From contig NZ_CP076228.1 of the NCBI RefSeq assembly GCF_021378375.1, positions 60,001-92,000 of the forward strand: a stretch of DNA of 32,000 nucleotides, read 5' to 3'. This document shows, one piece after another, positions 24,567 to 32,000 of this stretch (position 1 is its first letter; each line of letters begins with the position of its first letter). The stretch comes from Wolbachia endosymbiont of Drosophila innubila (GTDB lineage: Bacteria > Pseudomonadota > Alphaproteobacteria > Rickettsiales > Anaplasmataceae). The notes beneath the pieces are model-generated. The model worked only from the letters and a program-made list of their open reading frames with translations. It had not been told where the DNA came from and did not search any database. The translations under genes were made by a program, and so were the position numbers.

Positions 24567-25702
24567 TGACCTTACCCAGAAAAAGTAGAGAGAAAGTTAA
24601 GACGTTTTTATCATGAGAATAAATTGTGCAGGAATGCAATAGTTAATAGTAGAATGTCTACGTTATTTGTTATAAAAGATTTCTATGTATTCAAATATGG
24701 CAGTTCTGGTTTGTTGAGCGAGAAGTATCAATAAGCAGCTCCCTTTTAAGTGAACTTTTCTGCAACAGAGTTATCGTAACAACAGCCCTTATGGCTCATG
24801 CTGGAAATGATGTTTTTTGTATTCAATAGAAATTGGTAATTTTGAGAGGTATACTGTGACCCTTGATCGCTATGTAACAGCAGATTTTTATCGGGTTTGC
24901 GTTTATCAACGGCCATCAATAAAGAATCTATAACTAATTATCATGTTACTCATTAACCACCATGCGTGAATATAGGTCAATTATTGCCGCCAACAACCTT
25001 CTTTAGTTTTTATGTAGGTAATCCCAAACTTTATTTGGCTGATCAGTAGTAAAATTTTGATCCAATGTGTTCGGAGCCACAACTCGGTTGCTTATTTGCT
25101 GTTTTTTATTTTTGAACCTTCGTCTAAACTTGGCTTTAATGCCATTTTCTTGCATAACACTTTGTACTGTTTTAATTTTTGCCTAAAGCTTTTAATTCAG
25201 CGTGAATTTTAGGGGCTCCATATCTGCATTTAGAAGCTTGATGTATTTTTTGAATATCTGCTAGAAGCCCTTCTTTTGCTAATTCTTTACTGCTTTTTTC
25301 CTTAGCAACCCATACCACCAGTACAAAACCCTACATAGTTCCTGTGTTTTATAGCAATTTCTATATAAAAGAATACTTTACTCTTTTTCTTTGCCCAGGG
25401 CTTTTTTAAGATGTCTCTTTCTCTTATTAGCTCTTTTTTAGATCAAATCTTTCTTTGTCATAAGGAGCCTTTGCCTGGAAATGCGTATGCTCCAGACATT
25501 TTCCATTATATTTTCTTACTTAACATACTGCCATCTATACCTAGATCTTTTGCTATTTTTGTACTTGCTTGACCTGTTTCTTTAACCAGCTTAACAGCTT
25601 CTAATTTGAATTCTGCTGTATATTCTCTTCTATTTGTCATATTTTGAAAAAACGTTTTATTTTACTCCAAAAACGTCTTAACTTTCTCTCTACTTTTTCT
25701 GG
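24567..25702 (-). mobile_element. Heavily decayed IS3-family remnant (copy C, diverged relative of copies A/B), right IR truncated
   Basis: The left end TGACCTTACCCAGAAAAAGTAGAGAGAAAG matches the IR of copies A/B. OrfA-like ..REYTAEFKLEAVKL.. and OrfB-like pieces carry many stops. The right end retains ..CTCTACTTTTTCTGG and then abuts the guaB stop. Confidence 0.8.
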
Positions 25703-25703
25703 A

Positions 25704-27197
25704 CTACTCCGAATCGGTTGACAAATTGGACGTTTGATAAGCATAATTTGGAGCTTCTTGTGTAATAACTATATCATGAGCGTGACTCTCTCTTAATCCT
25801 GATGCAGTAATAGTAACAAATTTACAATTTTTTTTCATCTCTTCTATATTCCTATTACCAGTATACCCCATTGCAGCTTGCAATCCGCCAATCAATTGAT
25901 GGATTACTCCTGAAGCTGGACCTTTGAATGGAACTCTTCCTTCCACTCCTTGTGGAACTAATTTGAGTTTTGAATCTTTATCTTGAAAATAACGGCTAGC
26001 TGAACCTCGTTTCATTGCACTAATAGATCCCATTCCTCGATAGCCTTTATATGCTCTGCCCTTATACATAATAATCTCACCTGGGCTTTCGTCAGTGCCA
26101 GCAAAAATCGAACCAATCATCACAGAGTCAGCACCAGCTGCAATAGCTTTTGCAACATCTCCTGAGTATTTTACCCCACCATCAGCAATTAGTCTGACGT
26201 TTCTTGCTCTACACGCCTCTGCAACATTCTTGATTGCAGAGAATTGTGGCACACCAACACCTGTAACTATTCTGGTTGTACAGATTGATCCTGGTCCTAT
26301 TCCAACCTTCACTGCATCAACACCCGCATCAATCAACGCTTCAGCAGCCTCCTTTGTTGCAATGTTTCCGCCAATTAATTGCGTATTAGGATACATCTCT
26401 TTTATTTCCCTAATGGTATTGATAACGTTTTCGGAATGACCGTGAGCAGTATCCACAACAACTACATCAACTTCTTCTCCGATCAAAGCTTCACATCTGT
26501 CTATACCATCTTTTTTACCAGTGCCAATTGCAGCGGCAACTCTGAGACGCCCTTTACTGTCTTTACATGAATTTGGGTATCTATTGTATTTTTCAATGTC
26601 TTTAACCGTAATTAAACCTATACAACAAGAATTTTCATCTACGACCAAAAGCTTTTCTATTCTATTTTCATGCAACAATTTCATTGCTGAGGCACTATTC
26701 ACTCCCTGCTCCCGCACTGTCACTAACTTATCTTTTGTCATCACTTCGGAAACTTTTACATTCATGTTCTGGTCTTCAATAAATCTCACATCTCGGTTAG
26801 TTAAAATTCCAACTAACTTGCGTTGATCGACTACAGGAATGCCAGAATAATTGTGCTCTCTCATTAATGAAATTGCTTCCGCAACTGTTTTATCCGGTGA
26901 AATCGTAATTGGGTTATACACGATCCAACTTTCATATTTTTTCACCCTTCTCACTTCTAAAACTTGTTCATCTATTGATAAATTCTTATGTATGCAACCT
27001 ATCCCTCCATGTTGGGCAATAGCTATTGCAAAGCCCGATTCAGTAACAGTATCCATTGCAGAGGATATGAGAGGGATATTTAGTTCTATACTATTTGTTA
27101 AATAAGTTTTTGTATCTGCATCGCAAGGCAATATATTAGAATAGGCTGGCAAAAGAAGTATATCGTCAAACGAATAACAAGCTTCCATTTTTTTCAT
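25704..27197 (-). CDS. guaB: Inosine-5'-monophosphate dehydrogenase
   Basis: ..FDDILLLPAYS.. with tandem CBS domains, then ..IGPGSICTTRIVTGVGVPQ.. (catalytic Cys loop) and ..GSISAM.. Confidence 0.95.
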   Translation of the reverse strand: MKKMEACYSFDDILLLPAYSNILPCDADTKTYLTNSIELNIPLISSAMDTVTESGFAIAIAQHGGIGCIHKNLSIDEQVLEVRRVKKYESWIVYNPITISPDKTVAEAISLMREHNYSGIPVVDQRKLVGILTNRDVRFIEDQNMNVKVSEVMTKDKLVTVREQGVNSASAMKLLHENRIEKLLVVDENSCCIGLITVKDIEKYNRYPNSCKDSKGRLRVAAAIGTGKKDGIDRCEALIGEEVDVVVVDTAHGHSENVINTIREIKEMYPNTQLIGGNIATKEAAEALIDAGVDAVKVGIGPGSICTTRIVTGVGVPQFSAIKNVAEACRARNVRLIADGGVKYSGDVAKAIAAGADSVMIGSIFAGTDESPGEIIMYKGRAYKGYRGMGSISAMKRGSASRYFQDKDSKLKLVPQGVEGRVPFKGPASGVIHQLIGGLQAAMGYTGNRNIEEMKKNCKFVTITASGLRESHAHDIVITQEAPNYAYQTSNLSTDSE

Positions 27198-27313
27198 AGG
27201 CTTTATTTAAAGCTTATACGCCAATTAATTAAATTGCAATAGGCAAAATTAGCTAGGAGCCTTTAATTGTATAGCTCTAACTGTTTTTAGGAGAGAGAAA
27301 AGCTATATAGTTG

Positions 27314-28126
27314 CTAATACATTTTATTGCATAATAAGCATTCTACATTATTTGCCAGCAAACAGAACTGCTCAATAGTTAAGTTTTCTGGACGTTCATT
27401 TCCACTCAATTTAGCGTTTTCAAGGACAGTTTCAGCGTGGTTCGTTATATTTTGCAAGCTATTTCTCAGCATCTTTCTTCTTTGAGCAAAAACAGCACGT
27501 ATTAATTTTATTAAGGTTTCCAAGTTTACTACAAACTTTGGGGTAGGCAAAGGATTTACTGTAATTACTGAAGAATGTATTTTTGGTCTTGGAAAAAACT
27601 CTTTAGGTTCAATATCAAATTCCTTTTTTATATCGCATAGTAACTGGCTTAGCACTGATAGAGGACCATAATCTTTAGAATTGGGTCTTGCTGTAATGCG
27701 ATCTGCTACCTCTTTTTGAAACATTAATGTCAAACTCGTAAAAAATTTTATACTATCTAACCACTTTAAAAATAACGCTACCGAGATATTGTAAGGCAAG
27801 TTAGCAATAACTTTAACTGGGCGCTCTATCAGCTCTTCTTCTATAATATGCAGTGCATCCGCTTCTATAATTCTATACTTTCCTTGATGCTCATTTAGCA
27901 GTTGGTCATGGTGTTTTACTAAATCTCTATCTTTTTCTATAGAAAGTAGAGACTTTGGATTATGCACCAATATTTCTCTTGTTAATGCACCATATCCAGG
28001 ACCAATTTCAATGACATTAAAATTTTCCAGACTACCAGGTAAAGCGACGATTTTTTTTGTTATCTCACTCGATAAAATAAAATTTTGCCCTAGACTCTTT
28101 TTTGGCTTCAGTAAAAATTTTTTCAT
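27314..28126 (-). CDS. rsmA: 16S rRNA (adenine1518/1519-N6)-dimethyltransferase
   Basis: ..KKSLGQNFILS.., ..VIEIGPGYGALT.. and ..VIANLPYNIS.. The start at MKKFLL (28126) is preferred; the ORF track start is 28174. Confidence 0.9.
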   Translation of the reverse strand: MKKFLLKPKKSLGQNFILSSEITKKIVALPGSLENFNVIEIGPGYGALTREILVHNPKSLLSIEKDRDLVKHHDQLLNEHQGKYRIIEADALHIIEEELIERPVKVIANLPYNISVALFLKWLDSIKFFTSLTLMFQKEVADRITARPNSKDYGPLSVLSQLLCDIKKEFDIEPKEFFPRPKIHSSVITVNPLPTPKFVVNLETLIKLIRAVFAQRRKMLRNSLQNITNHAETVLENAKLSGNERPENLTIEQFCLLANNVECLLCNKMY

Positions 28127-28204
28127 ATTATTTTCATTATACAGTATTTTAAAAATTAGTTGACGAAAATTCATTGATAATTGTATATTATTAATGTGTT
28201 TAAC

Positions 28205-28277
<73 letters not shown>

Positions 28278-28301
28278 CTCTCGCCCATATAAGTAAAGTT
28301 G

Positions 28302-29030
28302 ATGTCCTTTTTAATAGTAGCAAATTGGAAAATGAATGGAATGCGTTCTTCATTTGTTGACTTTATAGGCAAACTTAACAACAAGAGCAACGAAATTACC
28401 TCTAAGCTAGTGATTTGCCCTCCTTTTACGTCATTTCCAAGCAGTATAGAGTTGAACAATAATATTAATATAGGAGCACAGAATTGCCATCATAAAAAGT
28501 TCGGTTCTTACACAGGTGAAATTAGTGCAGAAATGTTAAAAGAACTAGGGTGTACTTACGTAATACTTGGGCATTCTGAAAGGGCTAATGAAAAAGATAG
28601 TGAAATAAAACTTAAGTCGGAAATAGCAATAGAATCAGGCTTACACCCAATTATCTGTGTGGGTGAAAATTCAGAAGATTATAAGAATGAAAAAACAAAA
28701 GAAGTAATAGAATATCAATGCAAAAACCGTTTGCCAACACACGGTGAATATACCGTAGCATATGAGCCAATATGGGCAATAGGCACAGGTCATGTGCCAA
28801 ATAATGATGCAATTGCTAAGGTGATAGAGGTAATAAAATTGTGTACTAGTAAAAAACACATTATATATGGTGGTTCAGTCAGTTCAGAAAATATAGAAAA
28901 TTTGCTCAGTATCTCAAATTTATCAGGAGTTTTAATTGGCAGTGCAAGCTTAGATTTCGATCACTTTTATAAAATTATACAACAAGTTGAAAAAAAGTTT
29001 TCTCTTATCAATTCTAAAATCAGCAACTAA
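28302..29030 (+). CDS. tpiA: Triosephosphate isomerase
   Basis: ..IVANWKMNG.., ..ILGHSERA.., ..[12 protein letters not shown].. and ..IYGGSV.. Confidence 0.93.
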   Translation: MSFLIVANWKMNGMRSSFVDFIGKLNNKSNEITSKLVICPPFTSFPSSIELNNNINIGAQNCHHKKFGSYTGEISAEMLKELGCTYVILGHSERANEKDSEIKLKSEIAIESGLHPIICVGENSEDYKNEKTKEVIEYQCKNRLPTHGEYTVAYEPIWAIGTGHVPNNDAIAKVIEVIKLCTSKKHIIYGGSVSSENIENLLSISNLSGVLIGSASLDFDHFYKIIQQVEKKFSLINSKISN

Positions 29031-29104
29031 GAATCCTATAACAAATGGCATCATTTCAGTGTCAAGCATATGTCTGTACGAGCATCTAGTATAGCTAAAG
29101 TAAT

Positions 29105-30193
29105 CTAGAAAATTAACGATATTTTATTCCCCGGTGAACGCTCTATTTTGTTTTCCAACTCTAGTTCTAAAAGAGCCATTAGAGCTATGTTGGTAGAAAG
29201 TCCGCTTGCTAATATAAGTTCATCTATATCAACAGGTACAGAGTTAATATGATCAACTATAACAGATTTTGCCTGTTGTAATTTTTCTTGTTTTTGGTTA
29301 ACAAAATGGTGCTCAACATCAAATAGGTTTTTTTGCTGCGGAGGTAAACTAAACCTAATACTCTCTATTATGTCATCAGCGGATTCGATAAGCTTAGCAC
29401 CGTTTTTAATTAAATAATTACTACCACTACAGCGTGAATCTAAAGGGAAACCAGAAACTGCAAACACCTCTCTCCCTTGATTTAAAGCAAAATCTGCTGT
29501 TATTAGAGAGCCAGAACGTTTCGATGCTTCAATCACTGCAACACCTAGCGATAGGCCAGATATAATTCGATTCCTTTGAGGAAAATACTGAGGCTTTGGT
29601 TTAGTAGCAAATGGAAGCTCAGTAATTACTAACCCACCGTTCCCAGTGATTTTTTTGTATAGATCAAAATTCTCTTTTGGATACACCACATCAATTCCGC
29701 TTGCTGTAACAGCAATAGTGGGATGATTTTTGTATATTACACTGTTTGCTGCAGTATCAATTCCTCTTGCAAGTCCAGAAACGATAATAAAACCAGCTTC
29801 GCTTAAATCAAGTGCCAACTTATTGGCAAAATTTCTTCCATTCATTGAACAGTTACGCCCACCGATTATTGCAATTATCTCACGGCTTAATAATGATATA
29901 TCACCAAGCGCAGTTATTACAGGAGGACAACTAGGGATATTTCTTAAAAGATCAGGGTAATCTGGGTCACATGCGGGTATAATTTTAGCTCCAATTCTTT
30001 CTGCATTATTGATTTCTTCTCGTGCATCTTGAATGCCATACACCTTATCATTAGCCACCCTATTGAGATATTTTAGCACCTCATCTAGCGATCCGTGTGT
30101 TCTTAGTATACTAAAAAACTTTATTGGTCCTATGGTTCTAGCCAGGCTTAACCATACTTCTAATTCTTTGTTGTTCAATTTATTTATCTTCAT
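29105..30193 (-). CDS. dprA: DNA-processing protein DprA (Smf)
   Basis: ..IAIIGGRNCS..VSGLARGIDTAAN..TIAVTASGIDVVYPKEN.. and ..GSLITADFALNQGREVFAV.. Confidence 0.9.
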   Translation of the reverse strand: MKINKLNNKELEVWLSLARTIGPIKFFSILRTHGSLDEVLKYLNRVANDKVYGIQDAREEINNAERIGAKIIPACDPDYPDLLRNIPSCPPVITALGDISLLSREIIAIIGGRNCSMNGRNFANKLALDLSEAGFIIVSGLARGIDTAANSVIYKNHPTIAVTASGIDVVYPKENFDLYKKITGNGGLVITELPFATKPKPQYFPQRNRIISGLSLGVAVIEASKRSGSLITADFALNQGREVFAVSGFPLDSRCSGSNYLIKNGAKLIESADDIIESIRFSLPPQQKNLFDVEHHFVNQKQEKLQQAKSVIVDHINSVPVDIDELILASGLSTNIALMALLELELENKIERSPGNKISLIF

Positions 30194-30254
30194 AAAAAGC
30201 TTGAATTTCTTATCAATTTAGTGTACCCAAGATAATGCAAATATACAGTGTTTT

Positions 30255-30629
30255 ATGACGCATTTTGTTACAGATAAATGCATAAAATGTAAATATACAG
30301 ACTGCGTGGAAGTATGTCCCGTTGACTGCTTCTATGAAGGCAAAAACATGCTCGTGATTAACCCAGATGAATGTATTGATTGCGGAGTGTGCATACCTGA
30401 GTGTCCAGTAGATGCAATTGTAACTGATGATTCCATAAAAGATATTTTAGAACTAGATGAAGAGTTGCTGAGCAGCGAACAAAAAACTTTCAAGTTATTT
30501 TACGATATAAATGTAGAATACTCACAAAAGTGGCCAAATATTACAGCTAAAAAACAACCCCTCTATACTGCAGAAGAGTATAAGGAAAAAAAGGATAAAA
30601 CAGCTTATTTTGATGAAAATTTAGAATAA
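30255..30629 (+). CDS. fdxA: 7Fe-type ferredoxin ([3Fe-4S][4Fe-4S])
   Basis: ..[18 protein letters not shown].. and ..[16 protein letters not shown].. are the cysteine motifs. Confidence 0.92.
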   Translation: MTHFVTDKCIKCKYTDCVEVCPVDCFYEGKNMLVINPDECIDCGVCIPECPVDAIVTDDSIKDILELDEELLSSEQKTFKLFYDINVEYSQKWPNITAKKQPLYTAEEYKEKKDKTAYFDENLE

Positions 30630-30822
30630 TGCTACTGAAGGAAAAGAAACTTTTTGTATTTCAGGGTTGTTGTTTTTGGTTGCTGAAAATAGTTGCGTTA
30701 TCTAAGTTGTTATGCTGATAAATTAGTATCGATTAATTTAAGGATTAAGGAAAAAGGCTTATTGACTTTTGAAATATTTGATTATAAAACTAGCTGTTAG
30801 CATTAAATCTTGGGGGTAAGTT

Positions 30823-31071
30823 ATGAGTATAAATAAAAGAGAAACCATTAAAAAGATTGAAGGGTTACTTTTTCAAGCGAACGGTAATCTTGAAAAAGCA
30901 TGTGATCTATTATCAACAGTAGAGTTAACCGAAGATGATATTAAAATATTGCTGGAAGAGATGATAAAAGAGTATCATAGCTTGTTTGAAAAGATTTCTT
31001 GGAGTTGTGGAATTACTGCAGGCAGTGCACAAGATGCCAACGCAAGCAGCTTCAACGAAGTTTTTAGCTAG
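30823..31071 (+). CDS. Hypothetical small helical protein (orphan)
   Basis: ORF only; no family recognised. It lies 23 nt upstream of the next orphan ORF. Confidence 0.4.
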   Translation: MSINKRETIKKIEGLLFQANGNLEKACDLLSTVELTEDDIKILLEEMIKEYHSLFEKISWSCGITAGSAQDANASSFNEVFS

Positions 31072-31094
31072 GTTCAAAAGAGTTAGCATTGGCA

Positions 31095-31607
31095 ATGACG
31101 TCAGATCTCAGAAAGTCTTATGATCAAGAATTATTTAAGAAATATAAAAAAGAAGAAATGTCTTATCCTGAAGGAGAAGGAGTACAATTTATTAGAGAAT
31201 TGAGAGTTCTAAGTAGAATACTTACTATATCTTTAATAAGGAAACTTGATGAAGTTTACAAGTTTACTCCAGAAGAAATTGAGCGTTTGAAGGAATATAT
31301 GTTAGTTAGCAACTATGATATAAGCAAAAGTCTTTCTGATATAGACAAATATATGCATGCACTATCTGCCTTAATTAGAAACTCTTCACTTGATACAAAA
31401 AAGATATTTGAGCTAAATAATCGAATGATAATACACACTACAGCCTTAATTGATTTAGTAACTAGTGGAGTAGTGAAAAAAGAAGAAGCAAAAGAACAAT
31501 CTGCTGAGGATTTAGAAAAGCTTATCTGTGAACAGTATAAAGGTGCAGCAAACACGCCACTACCGTTGCAGAGCACGCTATTTGAAGTGGATAAAAAAAG
31601 TGCTTGA
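31095..31607 (+). CDS. Hypothetical helical protein (orphan)
   Basis: ORF only. ATG at 31095 is preferred over TTG at 31089. No family recognised. Confidence 0.45.
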   Translation: MTSDLRKSYDQELFKKYKKEEMSYPEGEGVQFIRELRVLSRILTISLIRKLDEVYKFTPEEIERLKEYMLVSNYDISKSLSDIDKYMHALSALIRNSSLDTKKIFELNNRMIIHTTALIDLVTSGVVKKEEAKEQSAEDLEKLICEQYKGAANTPLPLQSTLFEVDKKSA

Positions 31608-31692
31608 AGAAAGTTTATAGTTAGCCAAAGTAGGTATTTAATAAGCTTAATGTAACCATTATGTATGCTATATAGCAAAACATAGAATGCTT

Positions 31693-32000
31693 ATGATTCC
31701 AACTATAGCAATTTTAAGTGGTGGATTTTCTTGTGAGAGAGAAATATCGCTTATGAGCGGAAAAGCAGTGAAGAAGGCGCTCGATAGCCTTTCATATAAT
31801 GCAATAGAAATAGATGTTGACAGCAATATTGCTGAAAAGCTTAAAAAAATTAATCCGGGCCTTGCTTTTATCGCTCTGCATGGACCTTATGGTGAAGATG
31901 GCTGCATTCAAGGTTTATTGGAAATCTTAGGTATAAAATATACACACTCAGGAGTTATGGCTTCTGCCGTTGCTATAAATAAAGTGATGTCAAAGCATAT
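31693..32000 (+). CDS. ddl: D-alanine--D-alanine ligase, N-terminal part (3' end outside window)
   Basis: MIPTIAILSGGFSCEREISLMSGKAVKKAL.. and ..IALHGPYGEDGCIQGLLEILGIKYTHSG.. An alternative in-frame ATG lies at 31687. Confidence 0.88.
   Translation, partial: MIPTIAILSGGFSCEREISLMSGKAVKKALDSLSYNAIEIDVDSNIAEKLKKINPGLAFIALHGPYGEDGCIQGLLEILGIKYTHSGVMASAVAINKVMSKH

Noticed and set aside
24335-24616. 93-aa ORF spanning the secD 5' end and the IS remnant boundary; also minus-strand ORF 16555-16773 and plus-strand ORF 17560-17787
   Set aside because: They cross the boundaries of unrelated elements (gene/IS, intron fragment/IS, antisense to OrfA) and have no coding signal.
30823-31607. Toxin-antitoxin pair
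   Set aside because: Only the small tandem arrangement is suggestive. There are no recognisable toxin or antitoxin folds, DNA-binding motifs or overlapping stop/start coupling.

Overview
AT-rich chromosomal segment whose gene content and repeats are most consistent with a Wolbachia-like (Anaplasmataceae, Rickettsiales) endosymbiont. This assignment is an inference from ankyrin-repeat genes, group II introns, GC-rich palindromic repeat elements and alphaproteobacterial housekeeping genes; no database search was run. Housekeeping genes: leuS (3' part), pdxJ, an HU/IHF-like gene, rpsI-rplM, a tolC-family gene, a PopZ-like DUF2497 gene, rlmE, fabI, secD, guaB, rsmA, tRNA-Thr(UGU), tpiA, dprA, fdxA and ddl (5' part). 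Between these lies an accessory, mobile-element-rich region (about 8.0-22.1 kb). It holds a GC-rich multi-hairpin palindromic repeat array, including a 2 x 123 bp tandem. It also holds a large ankyrin / coiled-coil / C-terminal-TM gene split by a frame change that a single A in an A6 tract would repair, and which contains about 3.4 intragenic repeats of 192-198 bp. Two full-length group II introns in direct orientation differ only by three 1-nt homopolymer indels, each of which breaks the RT/maturase ORF. There is also a third, diverged intron 5' fragment truncated by an IS. Three decayed IS3-family elements are present; two are near-identical but have unrelated flanks. An isolated three-gene siphovirus/GTA-like head-tail and major-tail module has no capsid, terminase or tape-measure genes nearby. 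I found no CRISPR array, rRNA or recognisable defence, toxin or cif genes, and cannot support a claim of a novel multi-gene system. The observations most worth following up are the orphan GTA-like module bracketed by mobile elements, the homopolymer-only divergence among repeat copies (artefact versus slippage-driven decay or phase variation), the ankyrin gene split, the shared 5'-flank motif of the introns, and several uncharacterised ORFs.
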